Assembly: GCA_015680685.1 (NCBI GenBank)
Contig: MNCI01000668.1
Span: 1,296,715 to 1,360,714, forward strand
Source: Gnetum montanum
Taxonomy: Eukaryota > Plantae > Gnetophyta
DNA length: 64,000 nt
Direction of reading: 5' to 3'
Shown here: positions 1 to 12,149 of the stretch, in pieces
Numbering within the stretch: the first letter of the stretch is position 1
How the letters are laid out: every line of letters begins with the position of its first letter
The notes under the pieces: generated by a model
What the model saw: only the letters and a program-made list of their open reading frames with translations
What the model was told of the DNA's origin: nothing
The model's database searches: none
Program-made: the position numbers and the translations under genes

Positions 1-1335
1 AAACCTTCTAATGCACTCTTAAGAATTAAATTAGCTATTCATAAAACCATTTTGTAGAGCAGCTTTTTGGTTCTACAAACTTGTTCTTTGTTAATGTTGA
101 CATGGCAAAGCCAATTTTAAGCTTCTTCATAGAACTAACTTATAGCTTTATAGACTAGTCCTACGAGATGATGTTATAGAGCTTCTTTTGTGCTAGCTTG
201 TAGAACCAAATCTTAGCTCTATGAGCTATGTAATTGAGCTTTCACCTCACCTTGAAAATTAATTTGTCAAAATAGAAGCAAGCGCATAATGTCTAATAAG
301 ATCTTTTACATACGTCTTTGTTTGTGGAGCCTCTTCATGAAACCACTTTTTAGCTCTATAAGAATTTTGTCATGTAATGAAGATGACATGATAGAATCAA
401 AGATAAACTTATTTTTAGAGTTGAATTTTGACTCTTTAAATATTGCTCTCTCATAAAAGTTGATGTGGCAAAGCCAAAAAGTATAGTTCCTAGTAGAACC
501 ATTTTTCTACTCTACAAATCTTCTATCTAAATAAAGCTCACTTGGAAAAATCATTTTCTATGCCTAACTTATTTTATGTAATAGCTTACATGTCACTTGA
601 AATATACACAAAGCTAATATGCTTTAATCCCGCAAAGCTAAGTTGAGTAGAACCATTTTGTAGAACTTATTTTTTATTCTATGAGCCTCCTCTATGAGCT
701 AATGTGACAAGTGTACTTTAACAAACCTCCTTTTTGGATTTGAATCAAGCCCCTTTTCTAGAAATAAGGGTTTACCTTTACACTCAATTATTTTTTCTAA
801 TGCATATTAAGATAAAATTGATCCTTAGGCTTTGTGATTCCATTTTTAACATTCTCATCTTAGCTAGAAGAGAGATAAAGTGTATGTTTGATCTAGTTCA
901 AACTTGTGTAAGCCCTATCTTTGATGGATAACTCAGTTATTACTTATAGTGCTAATTTTAATTCAAAACCCTTGCTCGTCAAACTACCTAAAAATTTCAT
1001 AAGCTAATGTAGTTAATAGAACAGAATATTAAGGGATTATATTCAACTTTAAACCCCTTTATCCAAAAGAAAATTTAATTATAGATTCTTTAACCTTTAT
1101 TTTTTCTTTGTTTAAACATTCCCTAGAATTTCCTCCACTTCATGCTCATTTTTCACATAACATAATGAATTTTAGCTTAATCTTGAACTTGCATGAGTCT
1201 TAGTAGAGAATAGAAGCTTAAGCTCTACTCCATTAATGGCCAAAATTTCATAACAGTCATCTCGAGAAACATGTACATTATTACAACATGCCCTTTCACA
1301 TCTTAATTATAATTTACTCTTTGGGTCTTGTTACA
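1..1335. repeat. Decayed LTR-like sequence ending in a GGGTCTTGTTACA terminus, with degenerate internal sub-repeats
   Basis: The end at 1335 resembles the TGTAACACCC/GGGTGTTACA termini of plant gypsy LTRs. Recurrent GTAGAACC / GCTCTATGAGC / GGCAAAGCCAA motifs occur at 40-720. No coding signal. Confidence 0.4.
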
Positions 1336-1559
1336 ACAAACACAATATTAGCTATGAAGACACATCTCCTTCATTATGCAATGGCACCATTTGGGAATAG
1401 GAAAAAGACAGAGTGGCTAGAGTTCAAAGACTTGTATGAAGTCTAGGTATCTTGTTAGGAAGAAAATCCATCGCATGATAAAATATACGCTCTTATTCAA
1501 ACTTTCTTTTTAGACTCTCATTGGCAACTATGAAAACAATCAAGAACTTGCTCATTATT

Positions 1560-1650
1560 CAAAGTCTCCTAAAAGGTGCTAAACTAGACATGTTCTTGCT
1601 AGTGGTTTTACTCATGGTGGACTTTATTGTACTTATTTTGGACATTCAAA
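1560..1650 (+). pseudogene. Possible Ty1/copia GAG-pre-integrase remnant
   Basis: Translates HVLASGFTHGGLYCTY, resembling the copia pre-integrase GxxxxGLY motif. No other domain recognised. Confidence 0.25.
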
Positions 1651-2612
1651 TATTTATTATAGGGTTCTAAATACTTTCTGAGGGCTTCAAGCTAGTTAAT
1701 GTAGAATTTGAAAAATGTTCTGATAATTGTGGTTCTATATGTAGTGTTCTTGATGGATTTCTAATATGTGCTATTGGATGTGGCTATTTTTATGGTATGA
1801 ATTCCATCATAAAGTACAACTCTTAATTATTTATATCCCTAACTATGTTGCATACACATTGAAGAATGTGTCCTAGTCATTCATATTCTCCACCTATGTT
1901 TTTTCTTATGAATAGCTCATGCTCTATCTGAGTTGTATCTATCGAGGTGGTCATGTTGAAATCTAACTCTGCTTTTGAGGGATCAATATATTTTGAATAC
2001 TCTCATCTTTTCTAGTCTTCAAGACTAACTCTTCATGTCCTTCATTACTTGAGCCAAAACTTCTTTTCTCCAACTCATTCATAAAGAAATCATGGATTCC
2101 TCAATTTTTGCATTTATCAAATGAATTATCATGCTCAAAACATCACTAACTATTAGCATTTCTTTACAATAACTATGACAATGTTTCTTTTTAGTAACCA
2201 TTTTCTTAAAATATATGCTTAGTCAATTAAAAAAAGTAAAAACATTAAAAATAAATTTATATAATTACCATCTCTTTTTTTCCCAACTAAGTCAACATTA
2301 GAAAATTATTTAAGCATTGATCACATGATATGAATTTTAGATCATTTGGAAACAACATGAGCATTCATGTTATGAGTCCTTCATAGAGCCTCTTTATATA
2401 TTCCTTATTCTATCACTTTCATATCATCAATTTTTGGTGGCATACCAACCTATAAATGGCATAAATGATTAGCAAAAAGAGATAGTAAATAATTAGTGTG
2501 CACCAAGCAATAAAGGTTATTTCCCTTCCACATATGATAAAGATAATAAAATATCCAAGTAGGGATGTCACAACCCGTGTTAGAAAGAAGAAGATGTGTT
2601 GTCATAACCACA

Positions 2613-3417
2613 TGATGAGTGGCAAGGTACCCCTACACTCAGCCATACGAATACTAGCGTTACACGCACGATCTGGTCGAACTCCGCAAACTAAGTGCCT
2701 AACACCTTATGGAACACTTAAGGTTAATCAATCATTGTCCTCCCAAACTCACTTATATTTATCACGGTTGTATAGTTAATTAAGTTTTAGGTATGTGATT
2801 TTTATATCTTTTCTCTTTTATCACCTATGCTAATGATGGAAAGGGTGAAGAGACTAAGTAACTAACTTTAACTAACTAAGCCTTAATTACCCTAGTATCA
2901 GTATCTATTTCCACTTGTCGTTTCACACCCTAAACCAATGCAGCGCTGCTGAGATTACCAAATGCTATTTGTTACTAGGATTACCAAGCGTAATGCACGT
3001 GCTCGAAGTGGTCATATTGAATGCACTTAACTATGAGAGTTGAGGGTTGAGAGAGATTAAGTCCTTAAGAAATAATTTTAAAAATTAACAATAATTAAAG
3101 TCCTATTTAGCTTAGTCCATATACTTCAAGGTTTATCCAAAATTTCATCTTTATTGTCATACACAATTGTGTGCTTAGGTACAGAATTGCTTGAATAAAG
3201 ATCCGTTCACTTTGGGACCCCTACTGCGGGCACATGGAAATTATTCTAACTCTAGAATGGAAAAATGGCAAGAGTTTGGCTAAGGTCTAGATCTAGATAG
3301 AGAAACAAGGGAGAGTTGCCTCTTATTTATAGAACTGGTGGCATGCTACGAAATCACGTACACGATATCACAGAGAAAGACGCGATATTGCGGCCCATGC
3401 GATATCGCGTCCCATCA
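2613..3417 (-). repeat. 3' LTR of element A (805 bp)
   Basis: TG...CA termini; 2807-3417 aligns with 8335-8941; TATA-like TATAAATA on the minus strand at 3324-3331. Confidence 0.9.
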
Positions 3418-3430
3418 TACCCCCATGACT
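3418..3430 (-). promoter_or_regulatory. Polypurine tract of element A
   Basis: On the minus strand a G-run (GTCATG-G-run-TA) directly precedes the LTR TG. The same motif sits at 37375-37387 in element B. Confidence 0.75.
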
Positions 3431-3605
3431 AAATAAAAACTCATCCTCAAGTTCCTTACAACATATTTGGAATATATGGGATTATTGACTTGAATGGAAC
3501 TAATGGTGAATGGGATGACATGTGAACGAATCATCATTACAAAACATGACAAAACTAGTGTTCATGACAACAAGACTGAACACTTTGTACATTTGATATT
3601 AGGCC

Positions 3606-4159
3606 TTATTTGGTAGCTGAGAGAGAAGAGAGAAGAGAGAAGAAGTCTACTACTGCCAATGTTAAGATTACGCCTTTCATTGTCTCTCCGTAATCACGCC
3701 ATCGATCTTGTTCCTTGTATAGCTGTTTCAGCACCGATCCATTCCAAGTGTTTTCTCCAGGTCCAATCCATTGTTGTATGATTGTCATTTGCACACACAA
3801 CACAATCTTATATTAGCAAGGGTAAATGAATCACAATGCAATTGATACCTTTCTTCAGTTAAAGGTCCATTGGCTGAGTTGTGATATGGCTGATACAGAT
3901 CTAGAGATTTAATATTGGTTGCTACCCGAGATGTAGGGGCTAGGAGAAAATTAAAAAAATTGGACCAGGACCCCCATGACTGAGAGCAAACCTCCAGTAC
4001 CGATAGAATGGAGAAAGATAAGGAATAAGAAAGATGAATAAAAAGAGACAACTGTAGCATCGATGAAATGGATGTCGAAATGAAAATGAACAAAATAAAG
4101 TTGATTGCAAAAATTTTTAGGGGAAAGAAATTAATGGATGTACCAAATAGGAATGCCAA
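3606..4159 (-). pseudogene. Extra 3' ORF(s) of element A with hydrophobic stretches (env-like position)
   Basis: Overlapping ORFs 3785-4159 and 3606-3803 end just upstream of a PPT-proximal segment homologous to B, where B's env-like ORF also ends. Confidence 0.3.
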
Positions 4160-5269
4160 TGGGTCCTCCCCAAAGCAGGCTCATGCCCTTAATGCCCTGA
4201 CAATCCCACATTAAAGAGTTCGTAGGCTCTAGAAATGTCATTTGGAAGTAAGAGTTAAAGTCTTAACCACAAGAATTTACTGAAAAGAAGACAATGCATC
4301 AACCAAAATATATACTACTGATACAACTGGCAATGAGATGAACAATGGAGAGAAGAGAATGGAATGGAATCCCAAAAATAGGGTGGTGTACAGCCCCTTG
4401 TGTATTTAATGATTAATGTGACTAAGTAAATCCCATTCCAAATCTGGCCTCAAACAAACCACATACCGTGACTCCACATTAATACATATGGCCCATCCAT
4501 CCACTTGAAGAACAAGAATTCCTTCACCACAGAGCCACCACCATTCCGACAAAAAAGAAAGAGGAGAAGGTAGGAAGCGAGAAGGGCCTTAGAGGAAACA
4601 TGTTTATTTTAGTTCCATAACTAGTGCTTGTAGCCTGAATGATTATTTCGTCTAAGGGGTGTGCTTTGAATTCTCACTATTTTTTTTTTTATGTTTATAC
4701 ATGAGAACCACACCATGCAAAGACTTTGTTATTTTTATTTCCTCAGCTTCCCAATAAGGTAGCAATGTTGAAATGGTAAGAAAAAATCAAGAAGAAAACA
4801 TCCAAGCACCCAAGAGAATGGCCAGCACAAGTGCATCAAGTTCCCTTGAAGCCACACCCTTTTCAATCCTTGAGTCCTTCCTTAGTTTGAGAAATACCCA
4901 GTCACCAATTTGTTGATAGTTCTTATTATTTTGAAGAAAGGGACTGTATAGCTCCAAGCGAAGAGAGACCATAGAGATTATGGATACACTGATGATGTGG
5001 ACTCATTGACTGTTATATCGAAAGAACCATACCTTAGTATCAACATCGTAACTTAAAGGTAAAAACCAAACATTAGCAACCAATGGAATACTGTTCATAC
5101 CATCTCCAAAGCACTTATTAAGTGACAAACCAAACACACACAAAGAAATGAAAAAGTATAAACGATGTTGTAAAACAAAGAAAAGAAAAGTTAAAGAAAT
5201 TTGTAAAACAAAAATGTGCAAAACAAAAATGTGTGAAAAAAAATTAAAAGAACTGAGGGCCTCAAATGA

Positions 5270-6100
5270 TCAGCATAGGTGGCCATCTCCCCCATGATTG
5301 AATTGAAAGGGAGAGATCCAAAATAATGAACACTTATTTGAATTTTTTAGAAGTGTCCAACTTCTTCCAATTGATGTTTTTGGATTAAGGATTGGAAGTT
5401 GGCGACGCTCATACTCCAATGTATCTATGCTTTTGTTGTGGTTTCCAATTGTTCCCCCAGTTAGTTCCATGCATATTGGTGGGTTGCTCTCTTGATTAGT
5501 AGTCAACCACTGGGTGTTCTCTTGTTGTATGGTTGCTACATATAGGCACCTTTGTATCTGAGTTTTCTGGGCACACTGGTTGCATACAGGGAATGTTGAG
5601 CACTCCTGTACATCATCATCCTCTGTATCACTGTATGTGATGCATGGAACTTTCTTCTTCTCGATCTTTCCATAAATGTTTTCCTTAGATATTTCCAAGG
5701 AAAGATCATAGATTCCTAGGCATGCATTTATGGTACTTAGCCATGCCCTCCCCATTATAATTGGGAAGTCCCCTTTGTTGTTGCTAACTTCTATCACTAG
5801 GAAATCAGCTGGGTATGACCAACCACACACAATGGTAACAATGTCCTCCACAAGTCCCAAAGGGACAGTGATGGACTAGTCAGCTAGCTCTAATTGAATA
5901 TTGCTCTTCTTGAGTGGAGCCAGGTTCCAAGCTTTATACATTTCTTACGATATTAAGTTGACTCTGGAACCTGAGTCAAGAAGAGCCTTACGTGGTTCAT
6001 TCCTAGCAACTTGGAGGTAGATTAAGGGACTTTCGGGGTCAGAGAGTTTCTTGGGAAGGTGGCCCACCTTTATCCAATCAGTAATGATATATGTTAACAT
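5270..6100 (-). pseudogene. Retropepsin aspartic protease of element A with C-terminal extension
   Basis: KLSDPESPLIYLQV...ALLDSGSRVNLI...GLVEDIV...PADFLVIE...PIIMGRAWL; two in-frame stops. Confidence 0.9.
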
Positions 6101-6399
6101 AACTGTATGCGTTGAGCTCTGTTGTTGGTTTAAAGGGAGCTCTAAAGCCTTATTTGATGGAGGCGCATTTAGAGGCTCAACTGCTTGTGGTTGTGAGAGC
6201 TTGTTTGGGCTTTTGGTTCTGAAGAAAGGTCTTCTCTTTGTATGGTTGTCAGAACCAACAGCAGGTTGAAGGTTTATAGCTCTCGTAGTAGTGCCTTGCT
6301 GCAGTTGAGTGGGGAGGTCCCCTTGCATCGTTGGAGCGGGTGGTAGTGGAACTATCGGCATAAGAGATGCGAATGGATTTGGAGGATGGTATGCATGTG

Positions 6400-8300
6400 G
6401 GGTGTCCCTTCCAAGAGAGGGAGTCTTAAAATACTCCCGAACTTGGTAGTGACGTTATGGGGTTACATGACCTATAGAGTCACTTGGAGAAACGGACTGC
6501 TGCACATAATAGCCATATGGGTCTGGTTGCCAGTAAGGGTATTTTTGTCTAGGCAGTGGCATCCCCCATGACTGTGGGTATTGCCACTGCTGGTGTTGCT
6601 CAATAGGTTGTGATGGAGTTTCACTTGGATAATACATTAACGGTTGGTGAAACTACCTTGGGGATAAGGTAACCGACGGGGTGCTTACCAGTTGTTAAGT
6701 CTTGGGTTGAGTGCATACACCCCAAACTCTTATAGATGTGAGATTATTGGGCAACATCCCTTAGGATGGTCATATTGGCAGATCCCACATCCACTATCAT
6801 TGTCTGTATCAGAATCCACAACCTCATCGGTGATAGTCATTTTTCCCTTACCCTTGTTATGTGCATGATCTAAGTCTCTCCACTTTTTCTTATCATGGTC
6901 ACTACTTCACTCCTTAGAATCCTCTATGTTTTTTAAAATAGTTTCAAACCTACTATCTAAGGAGTCCCACATTTGATCTACCTTAGCCGACACTTCAGTT
7001 GTTAGCTTTTGAAGTGGCAAGGATTTTCTATTCACCAACTCCTCAAGTCGTGACTCATCCTCTTTCTCACAGAATCTTACTCCCCTCTTTTGGAAGGAAG
7101 GATCACAGTTATACTCTTTCATGCTTTCTCTTTTCCGTAGCTCTCCTTCTTCTTTAGCTACTTTCTCCAACAATCTATGAACTTCATGGGACCTAAGCTC
7201 AGATAATCTTCCTTGGGCATATGTCCCAAGGGTTCTCCTGGTTTCATGTCTTAGCCCATCTATGAAATGGCATAGGTGATCCCATTGTGCATAACCATGG
7301 CCCGAGCAACGATGTAGCAATGCATAATATCGACCCATGGCAGCATCAAAGGATTCATGAGTTCCCTACTTCCATCCTTGGATCTGTTTTCGTAAGTTGG
7401 AGACTCAAGAGTACATTTGATATTTATCATTAAATAGTTCTAGCATTGTACTCCACCTCCTAATGGTTTCCAATTCCAAGGACCGGTACCAACTTTTCGC
7501 TTCTTTTATGAGTGTCCTTGGGAATAAATTTAATTTTTTCCACTCATTTTCAATATTTTTAGAGGCACAGGCATCGTGAAATGCCTGTAAGTAATTCTGC
7601 AGATCAGCATTGTATCCCCCCTCAAATCATGGGATATTATTCATGTCTACTCTCTTGATCCAACAATCTTTTTGGTGCCTTGTAGCTATTCTAATGGCCT
7701 CCATAATGTCTAACATGCTTCGGGTTGCAAGTAGGGATTCATCATGGTCATCTCTCTCATGGCATCTGTGATGTCTACGTGGTTCCCTACATTTCCTTCT
7801 TTCATGCCTTGATTCCCTAGAGTTCTCTCATCCTCGCTCTCGACTCTCTCGTCGAGGTTTCTCATTTTGCTTACCCTTATCCTCATGGTTAGGCTCTTTG
7901 TGATCGCGTCTTGATGTTGAAGGAGAGGGTGAATGATGCAATGAAGGGGAAGAGGAAGGAGAACCATCGCCATGACAATGTTTCCTACCTCCCCTTCATT
8001 AATCTTGACCCTGATCATGATGACAATCATAATGCTTGTCCTTATCTTGTGTTTGTGTTCCCTCATTGAACACTTGGTGTTCATGGGCATCAAAACCAGG
8101 GTTGTGTATCATGGAATGAAGGTTCTGATACACCACCTCCTCACTATCATTAGGAGGGGGAACATTATTTTTTGGAGAACCTATTGTGATAGGTTCACCA
8201 CCCTTAATTTCTCTTATGACAGGTGAAGCATTATGGGGTCCTTTACCCTTCAATGATGTGTGGTAACTCTCCTGCCATGCGTCTCATTGACATTGCATTG
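6400..8300 (-). pseudogene. gag of element A (Retrotrans_gag-like domain + zinc knuckle)
   Basis: WYRSLE..IRRW..MLELFNDKY; RYYALLHRCSGHGYAQWDHLCHFIDGL; CGICQYDHPKGCC knuckle near 6750-6795; several stops. Confidence 0.85.
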
Positions 8301-8334
8301 CTGTGGAATGGTAATGAATAAATGACGATGCAGG

Positions 8335-8941
8335 TCTTTTCTCTTTTATTGCCTATGCTAATGAGGGAAAGGGTGAAGAGACTAAGTAACTAAATTTAAC
8401 TAACTAAGCCTTAATTACCCTAGCATCAATATCTATTCCCACTTTCCATTTCACACCCTGAACCAATGCAACTCTAGTGGGATTACCAAACGTTATTCGT
8501 TACTGGGATTACCAAGCATAACACACATGCTCGAAACGGTCATACTGAATGCACTTAACTATGAGAGTTGAGGGTTGAGAGAGATTAAGTCCTTAAGAAA
8601 GCATTTAAAAATTAATAATAATTAAAGTCCTTTTTAGCTTAGTCCATATACTGCAAGGTTTATCCAAAAGTTCATCTTTATTGTCGTACACAATTGTGTG
8701 CTCAGGTATAGAATTACTCAAATAAAGATTCGTTCACTTTGGAACTCCTACTGCAGGCACATGGAAATTATTCTAACTCTAGAATGGAAAAATGGCAAGA
8801 GTTTGGCTAAGGTCTAGATCTAGATGGAGAAACAAGGGAGAGCCACCTCTTATTTATAGAACTCGCAGCATGCTGTGATATCGCATACGCGATATCGTAG
8901 GGAAAGACGCAATATTGCGTATGCGATATTGCGTCCCATCA
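8335..8941 (-). repeat. Truncated 5' LTR of element A (U5 end and PBS missing)
   Basis: Homology to the 3' LTR starts only at TCTTTTCTCTTTTAT (~8335 = ~2807). The ~195 bp equivalent to 2613-2806 and the PBS are absent. Confidence 0.85.
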
Positions 8942-11564
8942 CCATAGCTAAAACTTTTATTATGTCATCTACCAACTCAACGATTAGAAAAATTTTGAAC
9001 TTACATAAATATTTTATGTTTTTTGTTGGAAGTATTATTTCTTAAAATCCATCTACTTTTAAGTTTTTGAATTTTTTAGAATTTAGATCTATATGAATAA
9101 CATCATAGGGTTCACTAGGTAGGAAAAAGATGTTGATCAAATTATAGGTAGATACATCAATAACATTCTCATTATACTTAAGAGAATACATGAATTGATC
9201 TTATGTTTGGAGAGCTTTCTATAGAATCTTATGTGAAATAAGTACCATTGGAAATTTTATAATTTGATTAAGAGATTCAACCTTGGGAACTTTGTTCTCT
9301 TTGAAGTATATTTGGACATGCATAATGTTGTCAAATATCTAGTTTATTTTTCTTACATAATTATTTTTCCTTTATTTTACTAAAAAGGTAGGAAGTTTTC
9401 AAGTTCAACACAACAAGAAAGAGGAATTAATTTTTATTTGGGAAATATTTTGGAATCTAGGATCTTAACCTTCATCTTTTGTATTTTTTGGTATGACAAA
9501 ATATTTTCTCTTTGTAAGAGGATTATTGGTAATAGAAAGGGAACTAATGTTGATGGGAACTACAGATAATAGAGTGGTATAGAAAGATTTGGAAATTTCT
9601 TTTTTATGAGACTCCATGTCATGCTTCTTAAAAGACATACCAGAAGAAGATATTGCAACTTGCAAACTAATGAAAATAGTAAAAGAGCAAAATATCCAAA
9701 GAAACTAATAATTAAGAATAAGATATATAATAAAAAACCAAATAATTAAAGAAAACTAACAAAAAATATGATTAAAAAGGAAAAAATAAGACAAAAAAAG
9801 ATAGGGAGTCAGACCCTTATTAAACCTACCACTACTAAGCGCATGCTTAGATATGAAAAACTACATATAAAAGACAAATTAATAAATCTAAAATAAGGGT
9901 ATCGGTATTTATATTAGCAAAGGAAATGCTAAGGACACCTACATCCTTGCCATGTGTCTTGACACAATTAAGTCATTGATAGTGCACACATTCAATATGG
10001 CTCTACACTATGTTAATAAACATCTAAGATATAATTAACATATCCTAAATGATTTTACAAATGAAATGTCATAGGTATCATATTTAGCATCTCAAGTAAG
10101 CTTAGGTGCCTAAGGTACTTGTAGCTAGTTGAGTGTGTGAAGTTTGTTGGAAGTATAAAGTATCATTGCACATATTAAACATTTTCGCTACATGATATCA
10201 TTTGGGCACTTGTTGTTTTGACTAGGTGCCTAATACATTCTCTTGTATTCATGTTGTTTACTTGGGAACCTATAAGGTGCTTTAACATCTACTATTTCAA
10301 GTAGGTACCTGGGCTTTGTTTAGATACATGAATTTTTTTTTAATGTCTTCCAATTGTATGTATGAAAATAAGTGAATCATCTATTCATCTAAACTATAGC
10401 AATAAAAGTATACCACTAAATTTGATTTCTAATATATGTGATATGACAAGTCTCAAAAATGCACATTTAACATGACTTTACTTAAGGATACATGTTCATC
10501 TATGTTTAATCAAATGATCTTATAAAAATTTAATATGAACATACATCATCTTACGCTTTGACATTTTAAGAATTTAGAGGCTCACCTCTATGATACAATC
10601 CCCACAACTTCTTTATCAAGCATGTATTTGATCCTTTTTTAAAATGCTTTTCTTTACTTTTTTATGTTGTGTTAGTTTATTTAATATTTTCTTAGTTCTT
10701 TTATTTTTATTTTACTCTTTCTATTCTAGTTTAGTATTCTAAAATTTTAATCATCATCTTTTCACAATTCCTTTAATTCTCAGGGATGCTTATATCATAA
10801 AACTCCTCAACAGAAAGTTGGCTAGGTGTCTCTCCCATGGCAAGCAAATGCTACCTGCACCAAATATCATTCTCATCAATAGTGATTCAAAGCATGCACC
10901 AACAACACCATGTAGCCTAGGTCAATCAATATTATCTATTGAAGAGTAGAAAAATAATCTTATTATAATTACTAATGATAATTCTAACCATTTTTCTTTA
11001 GAAAGCTTAGATTCTAACTATTATAAATATATCATACCGCATGTTAATGAATGGATTTACAAATAATAAGAATAAATGAGAATTGAAAAGAACATTAGAA
11101 AATGATTTATGGGATATTCCAACATCCATCAGCAAAGTTTTCCATGAAATGGTTATTTTTTATCATTTATACTTTTTGTACCTAACCTCTACAATCAAGT
11201 GACCAATTGTGCAATGTGTAATATCACTATTATTTTAAATGATCCATGAACAATATGGAATTAATATGTTTGCATGATTTTTTGAACAATAGAAAATTAA
11301 AAATGTAATATTGAACTATGAAATTTGAAGTATAAAATTTTGAAATTTTAAATGTGCTATAATTATTTTGGATCTAGTCCATATGTTGCCAACCATTGAA
11401 AGTGTTATTTACTCTAAATGTGCAAATTTTTATTACAAATTTTTGTTATCACCTCTGAGTTTTTAATTCTCCTATGAAATCACAATTAATTTTATGAAAA
11501 ATTTGTAATAGATTATCCCATGTTTATAATTTTATAAAGAATTCAAGTCATTAATAAATTCCTT

Positions 11565-12110
11565 TAAAGAAAACATTCATTTGTGTGAATAACTTACAAA
11601 ATTTAATTAATAGAAAATGCATGAAAATGCTCACGACATGATTTGCAAATCTCATTGCAAAATTTCCTATCTACATAAAACTCACTACTATAAAATCCTC
11701 ACCAAATGTAAAACCCTCTTATTTGCACCTAAAATTAAAACTAAGGAAAGAAGGTGACAAAAATGCTAAGGATCTAAAAACAAGTCAAAGGAAATATCTA
11801 ATCTAACCTCTAGATCCTTCCTAATGTTTAATATGCACTCAAACCTTAATAAAACATTGGATTTCAAAGAAAAAAATGTTAAATGTGCGAGTGATGAAGA
11901 CATGAGTAGGTTTATATAGACTCAAGATGAAATTTAATAGTTAAAATTTAGATCCATTTACACTTTTTCATTAGTCATGCAAATTAAAACAAGTCACTTT
12001 ACCAAATAGTTACAAGATTATAGCCCTAAACAACCAAGGTACTACATAGCACATAGGTAAGAGAAACCAATAAGTTAGATCATTCCAAACTTAACAATTC
12101 GTGTGGTACA
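11565..12110 (-). repeat. Probable 3' LTR (partial) of the chromovirus at 12150-15242
   Basis: On the minus strand a purine run GAAAAAAAAA precedes TGTACCAC at 12110. TATA-like motif at ~11911. 11565-11800 is homologous to 46490-46726. Left boundary not resolved. Confidence 0.5.
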
Positions 12111-12149
12111 TTTTTTTTTCATTAATATATTGAAAATCAAGAATCTAAA

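Larger units (their letters stand above)
2613..8941 (-). mobile_element. Element A: non-autonomous Athila-like Ty3/gypsy LTR retrotransposon (gag + protease only)
   Basis: Two homologous LTRs, with outer termini TGATGAG (2613) and CCCATCA (8941). Near-identical 5-bp TSD: CCACA (2608-2612) / CCATA (8942-8946). PPT next to the 3' LTR. gag and protease motifs present; no RT, RNase H or integrase core. Confidence 0.9.

Noticed and set aside
5860-5950. Stops at identical protease positions in A and B (VNLIS*, D*S) suggesting programmed readthrough
   Set aside because: They are explained by parallel deamination of C-starting codons (e.g. the conserved LADRS Arg). The codons differ (TAA vs TAG), and the same pattern occurs in gag.
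8942-11560. Possible host gene in the AT-rich interval
   Set aside because: No credible exon structure or recognisable peptide.
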